A DNA stretch of 63,627 nt, the filler included, from Neolecta irregularis DAH-3 (lineage: Eukaryota), in the NCBI GenBank assembly GCA_001929475.1. It is 5 parts of 5 records of this genome, joined end to end, with 100 filler letters (N's around TTAATTAATTAA, not from the genome) between each part and the next. Parts side by side here need not be neighbours in the genome. Positions count along the whole stretch, not along the records: positions 11,030 to 30,853 come from LXFE01000571.1; 4 more parts are not named here. The stretch is one strand, 5' to 3'. This document shows, in pieces, positions 12,610 to 25,589 of the stretch. The stretch's first letter is position 1. Each line of letters opens with the position of its first letter. The translations under genes were made by a program, and so were the position numbers. The notes beneath the pieces are model-generated. The model was not told the DNA's origin. It ran no database searches and was given only the letters and a program-made list of their open reading frames with translations.

Positions 12610-13960
12610 TTAATATATCGCTATGAGAACCCATCTACTATGATTTGTGGTTTTGTGTTTCCTTTTCTGTAGATCGCCTTTCCGACGTTGCCCTTGTGAT
12701 TTGATGATATTTCGCTCTATTCCCCGAACTATCCTCCGAATCGCATTTCCGAAAACCCCGTATAATAAAGCCGTCATTCCAAAATAACCCGCCAAGAATG
12801 TTAAAAACAGGAAGACAACATGTATTCGACTCACTCTTTCCTGCACATGAATTATACTCGTTCGAGTGAACTTACATTAACTCGTTCTATGTCACCATAA
12901 TAGTATTAAAGATCTGAACGTGAGCTACTTTCGTTTTCTTCAACGCACTAAGTTGATACAATGGTCTGCAGTGTTGTTCAACAATTCAATATTATCCAAA
13001 GTCGTTCAATGTGATCAACTACATCCGCAATATATAGCGCGGTCATGGGAGAAATGTGATGAAGCGGCCACGTTTCGATGATCTCTAATCGCCGGTAACA
13101 TGAGGGAAATAGGATCAAGACTGCGACGGAGTAGGGCCAACTCTTCAGAAAGTGTATGCAAATGTCGTGACAATAACATCTGTGGCACAGTCAAGACATC
13201 AGTTTCCCGTTGGTAAGCACACAAAATGCTCCGCGCATGGAATCATACTACCAATTCAGACAAAACGTCTTGGTAAACAGCGATTATGTGAAGGAGAGTA
13301 TCTACAGTCCCGTCTAAAACAGCCTGAAGCATCATGGAAGGATCCTCTGAAGCCCCCAAGGTGCTTCCTTTTCCAAGATGAGACAGAGTTGGTTCTTCAA
13401 CGGCTTTCGCAGAGTGCTGAAAAAAGGTCATAGTGGTTCCTGAATTTTGGCATAAGCGAAAATGCTACCAAACTATCTTTTGTGATAGAAATTGAAACCT
13501 GTTCGACACACTAACAGCCGAGGAATAAAAGGCGATACCCATATCCCGATGACCTAAAGATTGATGAGTATCAAGAAATACACTTTGACTAGTTCGATAA
13601 TGCCATTGAGTCAAAGTTATCCGATCTTGTAATCCCGGTAGCGGATTCCAAGAATCTTCCTTTTTAAAACTTGTTTTTCCTTTTTTTACAAGTTATAGAT
13701 TCGCGAAATGGTAATTGGAGGACATCTCCGTTTTTAACGTTTCGGATGCATACGTATCGACATCAAATCCAGGCTCCTCTCCGAGGTGGTCATTTCAAAA
13801 AGTCCATCAAAAGCATAATTCAGCTTTGGCTCCTGGTACTGAGATAATCAGATAAAGACGTAGAAAGATATCTGATACGATTTTCTCTGAAAAGGCAGCG
13901 GCTCTGGAACCGAGCTTCGTTTGAATCTATATCATAGAGAACAGGTATCAGGAGGGCTGG
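12610..13960 (-). pseudogene. CorA-family Mg2+ transporter pseudogene
   Basis: DPSMMLQAVLDGTVD, SPMTALYIADVVDH, LIFNTI and TFLAGYFGMT (GMN signature altered). Two frameshifts near 13055 and 13000, and an in-frame TAG at 12887-12889. 5' limit approximate. Confidence 0.75.
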
Positions 13961-14169
13961 TGGAACCTAGAATTGATCAGCACAATATGATAGTTGAGAA
14001 TGCATTTCCGCTTGTTCTCAATGTTTCAAGATCCCCCGAATGGTGATAAAATGAATGGGTAGATCTCATATCCGTTAAATGTGATAAATGAAAAGGTGGG
14101 TGGGGCACAGGAAATAAAAAACCTGGGGTTGACTGGCCTTTGGTTTCAGCCCGACCTCAAATTCGACAC

Positions 14170-15561
14170 ATGAATTGGACTGGTGGCAAACGTTCATCCT
14201 ACTCTAAAGTAGCATTGAATATAAAGGCGAAACAACGGGACTTTTTTTCTCAAAACCGTCTCAAGAAACGGCCCCGTAGTTCAAGTGGTACCTCGGGATT
14301 TGTGAGTGTCAAGAAAAGACCAGGAATACAATTCGACATTACTAGGACAATAAAACAACCGCTCCCTCAGTTAGATGATAACGAAGAAGACGAATTATCT
14401 TACCACAAAGAGAGCAAGAAATCTATGGAATTCGAGATAGAACCAGACCAACCCATTCTACCTGCAACCAAGAAACAAAGACTTCTATTACTAGACGACT
14501 GGTCAGGTTTGAATGAACCAACAACGGTATATTTAGAGGCCATCGCTTTCTGAGAATAGCTCTTGCAACCAAAGATCAAAACAAAACGTGTACAAAGAAG
14601 CTTTCTGATTGACAGATATCTTAATCAACATCTGAAAAAGAGTTCCTTGCAAGCCTTCGTGCCTGCTTCTACAGATGAGGTCGCGCCTGCAGGGGCTCAT
14701 TTATCTTCTCAAAGTGGGGAGCAACGGCCAACCTGTTATGCTTATATTCTAGAGAATGGGCCTTGTCAGCAAACACGGGCCGCTTCGTTGCATAGTGTTG
14801 TTTATGATGCACATTTAAGAACTACTCCTTCCGACCCAATTTGTCAAAACTACCAAGTAGAAAAGCCATACATTCCTACATCACCCCTGAATCCATATTT
14901 GAAAGGGCTACAGTCAAAGTCTCCGCTCATCGTTCCAAAGGAACAAACGTACATTCATTCGAGCTCACCTGCGTCCACGGCTTGGAGGGCATTCGAACCA
15001 GATACATTTGTAAAAATACCTGAGAACTCACTGATAAGGAATCAAGAAGACAGTGAATGGTTAAATTTTGTGAGTGTTGTATCAGGAAGCCATACTGAAA
15101 AGATGGAGAGAACGAGAGTTGAAGGAAGAAACAACCCAGGTATTGAATTGGGTGAAGACGCACAACCGTTTGCTCCAGGAGACGAGATGAGCGATGAACC
15201 GCATACCTCTATAGATAAAAGACCCTGCTTTCTGCAGTTCAAGGAGGCGATGGTACTACCGGTCTGTTCAAGTTCAACGGAAATATGCGATCGCGAAAAC
15301 AGTGGATTGGGAAGTGACATGGACAAAAGCTCTGGGCTAGCCATTTCACTTAATGAGTCCTTGACCTCGCCGTATTTAGCTAGAGAAGCAAAGAACTCTG
15401 AGGCATCCTGTGGTTGTTCTGATTTATCAAGTATGTCTACACCGCCACGTGGTGGCATGGGGGCACAGCGAATAATGTTTACGCGGCCAATGAGGGGAGA
15501 CAAGGGGTGGTCCAGAAAGATGTGTGAACATTCGGATCCAATTAGAGATTGGAACGACTGA
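14170..15561 (+). CDS. HEIP1/REDIC1 (C12orf40)-like protein, putative meiotic crossover factor
   Basis: N-terminus MNWTGGKRS..IKAKQRDFF..RLK, then a long disordered region. A 33-nt intron (14527-14559) joins the ORFs in frame. Confidence 0.6.
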
Positions 15562-15675
15562 TTGAAGGGTCTATTTAGAGGGGAGAACAGGCGTGGCTCT
15601 ATATATATAAACGCTTGTCCGACAAATACAACGGGTGCAAATTCAGGTTTAGTAGATTCGGTGGTAGTTGGAGAC

Positions 15676-16057
15676 CTAGGGCGAAGGAGCGGAGGCTGAG
15701 TTTGGAGTGTTGGGACGTATTATGCGGGTGCCTGGGAGGAGGAGAGGATTGAAGTGTCTGTCGCAATCTGCATAGCTCTGGCCCAAGCCAAAGCCCAAAC
15801 CAATCCAAGCGGGCCAAGTGCGGCCTGGGCGGGTCAACGGGGGGGAGCGACTGGATGGGGAGAGGCACGTTTGAAGAGGACGACGGAGGCGACGATTCCG
15901 ACAGCGAGACCGAGGCCCGACTTGACGATGCCGTTTGAGAGACAGAGATCCCACTGGAGTGAGGATTGAATAGGGCAGGGGAGGGTCGCACCTTTTCGCC
16001 GAGGAGATCCTCCGAGTGTCGTTGGGGAACGGGAGCCGGAGCGGGGGGCGGAGTCAT
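15676..16057 (-). CDS. MIC10: MICOS complex subunit Mic10
   Basis: SEDLLGEK|WDLCLSNGIVKSGLGLAVGIVASVVLFK|RRTWPAWIGLGFGLGQSYADC; two canonical introns. Confidence 0.92.
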
Positions 16058-16129
16058 CTTGCGGGCAGGAGTTGTGCAGTGCTGTACACATTTAGATAGC
16101 AGTCTGTCGTCGTGGTCTGTCTATAACCC

Positions 16130-16430
16130 TGTTCCTTCTGTCGTTCTGCCTGTTCTTCTGCTACTGCCTGTTCTTCTGCTTCTGACTGTTCTTCTACTTC
16201 TGCTTGTTCTTCTGCTTCTGCTTGTTCTTCTGCTTCTGCTTGCTCTTCTGCTTCTGCTTGTTCTTCTGCTTCTGCTTGCTCTTCTGCTTCTGCCTGTTCT
16301 TCTACTTATGCCTGCTCCTGTCTTTACTTCGACTGCCTATACCGCTACCTTACGCTGCCTTGCGCTACTTTACATTGTCTTACACTGCCTTACACTGCCT
16401 ATACCGCTGCCTACGCTACCTATCCCAGCT
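16130..16430 (+). repeat. Simple tandem repeat (about 18-bp TTCTTCTGCTTCTGCTTG units, then CCTTAC-like units)
   Basis: Directly visible between the divergent MIC10 and PLC1 genes. Confidence 0.9.
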
Positions 16431-16448
16431 GCTCACCAGCCGACCGCC

Positions 16449-19154
16449 ATGTCTGGGCAACCCGCTCCTCTGCGTCAGCTCGCTCCAATCCTCAACGACC
16501 GTCCACAGCCCTCCCTTGTCGTTGCTACTCCTTCCTGCCCCGCTGCATCCCCTCCCAGCTCCCCTGTCCTGCGCCGTGCCCTTGCCCTCTCTCCCGTTCT
16601 CCTTCCCGCCTCAGTTCGTCCACGCCGAGACAGCGGTACCTCTTTCCAGCTCGCCCCGCCCCTCATACGCCGCCTCTCCGGCCGCTCTACCCAAACCCCA
16701 AAACTAGACGCGGGCGGCCCCGTAGTCTCTCGCCGCATCTCCACCGCAGACCTCCCTGCAAATCTCACGGAATTGCCTATTGTCCCAGATGCAATCCGCC
16801 AAGGCACACCCATGCTCCGCTTCACCAGCAGGAAGCGCCAGCAGATCATCATCGGCATCGACCCCCAGACCGCCTGGATCTTCTGGGACCAAAAACCCCG
16901 CTGTATGCTCAACCTCTCATCCTTCCTCTAACTGCAGTCTGCGTAGACAACATACAGGCCATTCGAATTGCTGCAGATGCCCTGGTTGCAAAAAACTTGC
17001 ACGACTTGTACAAAGTCGAAGCTGCTGCCGCAGAACGTTGGTTGGTCATTGTATACCGTACAGAGTCCAATCTCAAAACTCTCCAACTTTTGGCTCCTAC
17101 CCCCGAAATGGCCATAGCCTTTCACAATACTCTCGACAAGTTACATAACTACCGTGTGGAGATGATGGGTGGCTTGGGCCAGACGCCCACTACCTTTGTC
17201 CTAAAACACCATTGGAGCACAATCGAGACTATGGACTTTGACCAAATCCGCAAGCTGTGCAAGAAACTGCATGTCAACTGCTCAAAAAGCTATCTGAGAG
17301 ACAAATTCGATGTATATGCTCTTCTATTTGTCTGCTCACCAATTATAGCAAGCAGATGTCGAGAAGAATGGCTGGCTTGGCTTTTCACAGTTTCAAGAAT
17401 TTGTCCGCTTGATGAAAAAGCGAGACGAAATCGACGAGCTCTTTTCTATTTACAGTACAAATGGAGTGTTGACCTTTGACAGCTTCAAAGAATTCCTCGC
17501 GCGAGAACAAAAAGTCTTTCGCCACGCCTTCAGGGCTAATTAGCAGTGCGAACGCTCCAACAGTGAAGTACTACGCATCTTCAGCAAGTATCAAGTAAAA
17601 TCGCCCGAAGGATTGACCGCAGAAACCTTCCTATCATATCTGCTTTCCAACGACAATCCTGTCATCACGAACGAGTACCGCGAAGAAGACATGCACCGTC
17701 CTCTAAACGAGTATTTCATCTCATCCTCGCACAACACATATCTTTTGGGCCGTCAATTTGCTAGCGAAAGTTCTTTAGAAGCATATATCCGCGTTCTTCA
17801 ACGAGGATGTCGATGTGTCGAAAGTATACAACCTCTCCAATCTATTCTCATAGTCTAGTCGATGTCTGGGATGGCGATAATGGCCCAGAGGTTTACCACG
17901 GAAGAGCATTGTACGATCTCTTGTTATCTACAACTGATCTCTTAGTACTTCCAAGCTACTTTTCGCAGACGTCATTACGACAATTGGAAAATATGCCTTC
18001 GTCGTAACTCCGTTCCCATTGATACTTTCTCTGGAAGTCCATTGCTCCCTCGAGCAGCAACTTTCCATGGTCAATCTTTTGCGGATGATTCTCCGAGATT
18101 CACTTGTAATCGGCCCGTCAGATCCAGGCCTAGCCTTTCTCCCCTCCCCCTCGGACCTTAAATACAAAATTCTCGTTAAAGTGAAAGCTTCGACGCCAGT
18201 CAAAGCAGAGTCCGAACCCGAGACTCTGTCGTCCACTACCTCAACCACAGAGTCTGAGTTTGACTGTGAGATAATGATCAGCGAACAAAACTCTGCAAAA
18301 CAGAAAAAGGGAAAGATTAAAACCAAGATTGCCGATGCTCTTGGAGAACTGGGTGTTTACACACAAGCCTGTCATTACAGAAATTTTGGTCTACCAGGTA
18401 CGTTTGCATTCAGGACTTACCAAGACAAATAGAATCAAAAACCGTCAATCACGTCTTTTCCTTCTCTGAGAAATCGGCTTTGAACGCGAGCAAGGACACC
18501 GATGGACAGCTCGCAAAACACAATATGAAGCATTTGATGAGAGTCTATCCCGGATTTTTACGTCTTACCTCACGCAACTTTGAACCACATACGTTCTGGA
18601 ATCTCGGTGTTCAAATGGTAGCCTTGAATTGGCAGACTTATGACCTTGGATTGCAAATGAATGAAGCCATGTTTGCGATCAACGGTCGACACGGATACGT
18701 TTTGAAATCAGAAATCCTCCGACCAATAACACCTAAACAGCAGGGCAAGGAAGAACTCGGGGATAACTCAAAGAAGGCAAGGTTTGTGGTACAAGTTTTG
18801 TCTGCTCAACAGCTTCCTCGCCCAAAAGGCCTCAAAACGGTGGATCCTTATGTCGTTGTCAGCCTAATTACCACTACCGAAACATTTAAAAGACGCACAG
18901 AATCTGTTGAGAATAATGGGTTCAGTCCAGTTTGGCGAGAGACGCTTTTCTTTTACTATAACTATGCAATCGCCGACCTTGTGTTTGTCCGAATTGAAAT
19001 TTTCAGCAATGAGACGCTTCAGAATGATGTTCTCATCGCCAGCTACTGCGCCAAAGTAAATGCTTTGAAGCATGGCTATCGTCATATTCCTTTATACGAC
19101 ATGCAAGGAGAACAATACCTGTTTTCTACATTATTTTTGAGATTTGGGAAGTAG
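16449..19154 (+). CDS. PLC1: Phosphoinositide-specific phospholipase C (PH/EF-X-Y-C2)
   Basis: [55 protein letters not shown] and a C2 domain; six canonical introns. Confidence 0.95.
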
Positions 19155-19335
19155 GAATTTTCTTTTCCTATCACGGAGTTTAGATAGGACTTGGTGCAAA
19201 GGGAATTTTTGTGTTTTTACCAAGAATGTGTTTCAATTTGCATTTGTATAAAAGGTAGAATTTACCGATCCATGAGGATAAAGACATGTAATGAAGTAGA
19301 CAGATTAAAATCCCGGTCCAACTTGAAAAAAATGA

Positions 19336-20750
19336 CTAGATTTCAATTTTCCACCAAGGATGATTTACGACGTCTGTGATGCTGCCTCGACGAACAGGAT
19401 CTTTTTCCAACATGATCCCGATCAAATCTTGACACTCGGGGCTGACCTTCTTCTTCAATTTCCACTCGTTGTTGATAGCAGCAAATGGCTCAGAAAATGG
19501 AATTTCTCCACATAAACAGGTATACAGCAAGACACCCAAACTCCAAACCTCTGTTTGATCAGCTAGATACGGTAGACCCTGCAAGATCTCTGGAGAGGTG
19601 AAATTGAGAGTACCATAGAAACCGGTGAGGTAGGTTGGTTTACGACCAGTTTTGCCCATGACTGGTGCCTTTATACTGACTGCTGAACCGAAATCGATCA
19701 ATTTTACGGTAAAATTCTCGTCGATCAAAATATTTTCGTCCTTGATATCCCGATGTACGATATCGAGAGCATTGAGATAGGCCACCGCACCCACAATCTG
19801 TCGAAAAATATATTTCGTCTGTCGTTCACCGAACGATTTATGCGTTTCAATACACTCGAAAAGATCGTGGCTCGCTCGACGAATCATTCCTGGACGAGGC
19901 GTCGGAACACATAATGAAGTGGCTGGTCTCTGAGATGGAATATTGCCACAGTTGAAATTTTGACGAAGTGGCGATTTCTTGAACGCCTTCCTGATCAAGC
20001 CTGGTAATTTCTTGGCATTGGAATTTTTAACCCATGGCGATCCGTGGATTTCCATGACAAGGTAGAAGAATTGACGGTCTTGATAGAAATCGAGCATTCG
20101 GATGATATTTGGGTGAGAAACGTTGCCTAGAACATGGGCTTCTACTGGCACTATACCATGGATTGGATCGCGAGCCCAGCCGTGCTTTGGTACCTTGTGC
20201 CGAAGAATAAACTTGACGGCAACTTCGATCTGATCGGATAACCTAATGGCAGAGACTACGAATCCAAAGCCGCCTGTTCCGAGTTCATCACGTAATGAGT
20301 AACGAGCCGCGAATTCCGGATGTAATTGCTTCAACTATGAGAAATGGTACGGAGGCACTTTAGTCTTACGTGATCTCGGAGATGTCTAAGGGACGTGGTC
20401 TCAGCGGTCTCGTTATCTGTGAATGGAGTACATGGTGGAGTAACGGGGAAATATGATAAGGTGGGCGGAGGAAGTGCTTTACACGCCCCTAGATCGAGTC
20501 TAGGAGGTTGGGCACGGACAGCCTCACAAGGAGAAGCCAATGGAGAAGAATTGACTGAAGAAACGCTCTCAAACGATGACGTCGATGACTGCAGTCCGGG
20601 ATTGGGACTCATTGGCGACGGTGTAGCAGAAATATTCAGGTGGGTCGTGTTGATGCTCAAAGGTGTGCGGGGAACAGTGATCTTCTTGAATCTTGACTGG
20701 TGACTAGGAGTAGCAATAAATGGCGACGGCAATGAATCGAGATGGCTCAT
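19336..20750 (-). CDS. Ser/Thr protein kinase, PASK/PIM-like
   Basis: LGTGGFGFV, VAVKFI, HRDIKDENILID, KLIDFGSA and GTLNFTSPE; one intron near 20335-20369; no PAS domain seen. Confidence 0.9.
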
Positions 20751-21642
20751 AATTGTGTCCGCTGGAGAAACGATGAGTGATGATTTAAGGAAACGCAAGA
20801 GGTTGAAGATAGATTGAAGGACGATATAAAGTATCAAGGACTGATCTGCGAAGAGCAAGCTGGATGATGGCAAGTAAAGTCGAGTTAACCAGACTCGTTG
20901 GTGATGCGAGTTCTCAGGTCTATGCAGTCAGCTTATGAAGTCTTTGATAAGACAGCCTTTCTGGTTCGTAGGTATGTGTATGAGAGCATTCCATTTACGA
21001 TGTACGCGCGAGTCTCCTTTGCTGTTCCTCAATGGATGGACCAATTCAGCCGACTTTCCTGCCGCCCTGGCTGGCGGAGTGTCGCGTCTAAGAGGCGCAT
21101 CTCGATTGTGCCCTGCCACGCGCATCACATACCGTTGATCGTACCACACGAGTGTATAGAGTTTTTCGTAGGGTCGTGTGATTATCAGCGATGTTTGATA
21201 CCAAGGACATGGTTTGTATCTCTGTAGACATGCATGAAGAATGCAAGGCCGTACCAGCAACGACCATTTTATTTCTATAGATATACTTTCACGAGACCTC
21301 TGCTACATCCGTTGCCCATAAGTGGTCTGCAAGGTCCGTTAGTATATACCGCTATGAAAGCGCAAGGGGAAAGCGGTATGCGGCAGTATTCAGAAAATGC
21401 GAGAAAGTCTCAACATTTAGTCAAGCTATTCAGCCTGACGTGCAAAAATTAATCGAATCATCAACACTGCACTGAAATGGAAATGGGAACAGCATACCTT
21501 TGATAACGACTCGAGCTCATGGTGAAAATGAAAAACCGGATTCTGACGGCGGATCCACGTGTTCCATCACGAGTGGTTCCTCATCTAGTTGCCGCCTTCC
21601 GCCAACCTATCTTATTCTTTTGTTCTCAACTTCTTTGAAACC

Positions 21643-23115
21643 ATGGTAGCTGCATCAATCCCTGTTTTGGAAAACTATGGATTGTATTCTAATGGATTTT
21701 TGCCTGCGAGTCCGCCATTGGCTAGATTAATCAACTCGTACTATGACCCCTGGGAAAGTGTCATGTCTAAATTCAACGCGCTTCTACTAGCGAGACGACT
21801 ACAGGGTGTCATTGAAGAAGTTTGTCCAGTAACTCTAACTTTTTCAACTGATCCTGCAAGTTACCAGTGTTGTCCACTCAATGTTTGGTAACCCTTCCCG
21901 AGAGGCAACGCGCGTTCATGCTACTGGGATTTCTAGCGCATGGCTATATTTGGGGAAGACCCGAGGCCTTGGATGTAAAAATATTGCAAAGATATTTTAT
22001 TGATACGCTAGACCCTTCCGGCTTGTATAGCAAAACCATGGGATGAAATTGCACAATTACTGGGAATGAGACCGGTTATCTGCGAAGCCGCTGTCTGCCT
22101 CTGGAACTATCGATCTTTGTTCGAAAACGAACCTCTAAACTTGGACAATCTTGCAACTTTGCATACATTCACCGGATCGCTCGACGAATCTTGGTTCTAT
22201 CTTGTTACGACTTCGATCGAAGCGCAGGGTGGTCCAATTTTACCTCTGATTTTATCGGCGATGTCCGCAGCTCAGAACGACGACCCAGTGGCTTTTGTCC
22301 AAAATCTTTGTCAAATAGCCACTATTCTAGATAGCCTGAACGATACGCTCGCGAGCATGTACGAGAGATGCGACCCAAGAATTTTCTATCATCGGGTACG
22401 CCCGTATCTGGCTGGATGGAACAACATGGCAGAGGCTGGACTTCCTGAAGGCGTTGTATACCAGGGCTGTGGAGATGAACGGCCCCGAACATATGCTGGA
22501 GGATCTGCAGCGCAAAGCCCACTGATACATGCCCTTGACATCGCATTAAGTGTCAAGCATCGGCCATTTGGTGTTGTTAACAAGAAAGCCGGACAATCAA
22601 GCAAGAAGAATTTCATACTTTCCATGCGTGATTACATGTATGGTCCACACCGACTGTTCCTCCAAGACCTCGAAAGCGCAGCAAATATCAGACAATACGT
22701 ATTAGAGCATCAGAACAATCACGATATTACCGCTGCTTATGATGCTTGTCTTGCAATGATTCAAGCTTTCCGAAATAAACACATACAAATAGTCACCCAA
22801 TACATCGTCAATCAGTCGCAGGCAGCACGAAATAACGACGAGGAAAACATTCCACCTACCTTTCGCCCGCCGGTAATTAACGGAATCGCCAAAACGCAGG
22901 GTGCCGTAAATGTCAAGGGTACAGGTGGGACATTCTTAATTCCCTTCCTGCGTCAATCCCGGGATGAGACGGGAGAAAACGCAGTCGGAAGTTGGGCTCG
23001 GCATTTAATTTTAAGTAGGTTTCCTGGAAGAGTCCGCAATCCTGATGAAGAAATAAGTCAGGATATGCGAGGACTGGCTAGTGTATGGTCTGAAGGCGCA
23101 ATTTGCATTGTTTGA
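21643..23115 (+). CDS. BNA2: Indoleamine 2,3-dioxygenase
   Basis: TFTGSLDESWFYLV, FYHRVRPYLAG, GGSAAQS, MRDYM, FRNKHIQIV and KGTGGT; two introns. Confidence 0.93.
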
Positions 23116-23141
23116 GCCTCGGTCATATTTATGTACATGAA

Positions 23142-24676
23142 TTATATCTCGAATGTCTCACCTACACAGCATGGACAGCCACCATGGATGGTGAGATCTA
23201 AATTAATGGCCATTTCTGGTGAAATGACAAATGTGGGAGGATGGCCAGGAGTAATTTCCAATGAGAAGTCTGGAGAGAATTGTTGCGAGTCTCCGGTTGA
23301 TGACAGTTGACGCTTCTGTTCGGCATGGCTTTTTGATCTCTCCTGATATAACACTCCCTCCAATTCGCGAACTTTTTGTTCTAATTTTTGGCGTGTTGCT
23401 GAATCATCTTCGACCGAGTCGCGCTCTAGAGCCTTGCGAAGACCAGCTGCTTCTTCAGTCAACAAGTCAGTCTCTGCAGCAAGACCAACTTTCTCATTTG
23501 TCAACTCGATATTCCTCTGTCGTAATTCTGCGAGCTGTTTGAAAAGACCAGTGTTTTCTATTTGCAAACTAGAGGCCTTTTGCTTAACTTCCTGATTACG
23601 AACGACTAAATATTGATGTTGCGTTTGTAGTGCGGCCAGTTGTGATGTTAATTGAATGGTTTTCTCGTCTGTTGATGTAGTCTGTAACGATTCGAGTGTC
23701 AATTTCATTGAGGTTATTTCTTCTTCGAGAGATGTTTTGACAACAGTCAGTTGAGCAAGCTGTTCTTCGAGATGAACGATTGTAGACTGAAGTTCGTTAT
23801 TTTTCAGATGAGTCTCATCGATTTGGGCTTGAGACTCTTGTAGTTGCTTCGACAGCTCTTCAAGACGAGTATTGGCCGTTTCATTCCCAAGGAGCTCCTC
23901 GGCCAGTTCCGCTTTCAAGTTGGAGACCACCTCGTCCATCTTTTCAATTTGTTTTGATTTTGCGTCCAGGAATGGTTGCAAATCAGGTTTGGACAATATT
24001 TCCTTCTCTTTCTGAGAGAGTTGTGCCTCTAGACTATCTAGAGTAGATTCCAACGATTCAATCGAGGAAGTCTACAAGTCAATACGATTCTAGAGTTCAG
24101 TAACCTTTTGATCCAGCTTCGCCTGAACCGATGAGAGCTCTTCAGTTACAGTCTCAAGTTTTTCATGCATTGTGTTTTTCGTTATCTCGTACGAAGATAA
24201 CTGGTCCTCATATTCACCGATCTTTCCTTGTAAAGAGAAAGTTTGTTCTTCGAAACTGTGCAACTGGTGGTTTTCATGCTGCAATTGAGATATATAAGCC
24301 TCTAATTCGGAAATTCTATGGCTCTGATCTTTCGTCTTTGCGACTGGTTGAATTGTATTTTGATTATTGGACGGCAGCGCGCCTTCTAATGTTCCTGATG
24401 GAACCAGTTCATCTTGAACAGTTTCCAATTCCGGTTCAGGGATCGGCTTGGGTATCTCAGAGATATTATCTTCCTCCAAAGGGGCGTTCCCGTCCATACT
24501 GACATTTCGTCGATCAGATGATTCTGTCTGTGTCGCATACTCCACTGGTCCAGTTTTCGCCTTTAGGCTCTTCTTTTTCATAGCATTAACCTAAAAATCA
24601 GATCCTCAGTCCAATATGTTACTGCGACCTTCTTTTTCGCTTCCGCCAGTCGAGCTTCGCGATCCGCATCGGCCAT
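23142..24676 (-). CDS. Coiled-coil golgin-like protein (Bug1/GM130-like)
   Basis: N-terminal REARLAEAKKK..KKK, long heptad coiled coil, C-terminal GGCPCCVGETFEI. Confidence 0.6.
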
Positions 24677-24826
24677 GACGCTGTGTACAAATCTATTTCC
24701 AGTGTGCTGCCCCGTTGAGCATGGTGTCTCTAAATGCTAACATTCAATATTTCTAAATAGAAAATTGCTCAAGTCAAGTACTACACTAAAATAATAGTGT
24801 AGAATAACCCAATAAAGTTGGCCTCT

Positions 24827-25589
24827 TTAACCGAGTACCCCTAAATCTAGTTTCCCTCCTTTCTCTTCAGCTTGCTTCCATGCATCACGCTCCTTGATTT
24901 GACTTATAAAGCGCCGCAAGTTCTTTCTTTTCCCATAGTCTTCGCGTAGAAGCGCTGCTTCTACAGGAAGACTCATCATGATGTCAGCCCCAGAAATTTT
25001 GTCGCCACAAAACCAAGTCTTTCCTTCCAAATCCTCCTCCAGTGCATCTAATTGAGAGCAAATATTTGGTAGAAGGAATAACCGGATGACCTGTTTACTA
25101 ATAAGAGCGACGAGCCATCGAAAAAAGAATGGGAATCTTCCCGGGAGCAAAGTAAAGAGAAGCAATTGCGTAAGATATGGCATCAACGTGCCTTTGTTAG
25201 TGACTGAGATGCAAGAGTAGGTGATACCTTCTGCATAATGCATGTAATAACTATAGCTCATCCCATCTTTGGCAAACCGTGCTCTAGGTTTCATCGTATC
25301 GTTTCCATAACGATCAACAATATATTCAACGATCGCTCCGGATCATAACGTCAGCCTAGGGTAGCTTGCTAACAAATGCTCACTCAGCAAGCGTTAATTG
25401 GCCGTCCTCAGTATCGTCGACGATCACTGGGACCTTTCCGAGAGGAGAAACTTGTTTCAGTTCCTTCGGCCCTAACATTGTTTTCGAGTTACGGTGGTAC
25501 TTTTTGATTTCATATGGCAATTTGAGCTCTTCGAGCAGCCAGATGATTCTGTGTGATCGTGAGTTCTCGAGATGATGGACGGTAAGCAT
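24827..25589 (-). CDS. GTT1: Glutathione S-transferase (Gtt1/gst3-like); intron 1 lacks an in-frame AG
   Basis: MLTVHHLENSRSHRIIWLLEEL, PLGKVPV, LAE|SGAIVEY, HYAEG and SGADIMMSLP. Confidence 0.88.

Noticed and set aside
15966-16448. Poly-Leu N-terminal extension of PLC1
   Set aside because: Translation of a simple repeat from a TTG start that overlaps MIC10; ATG 16449 is the plausible start.
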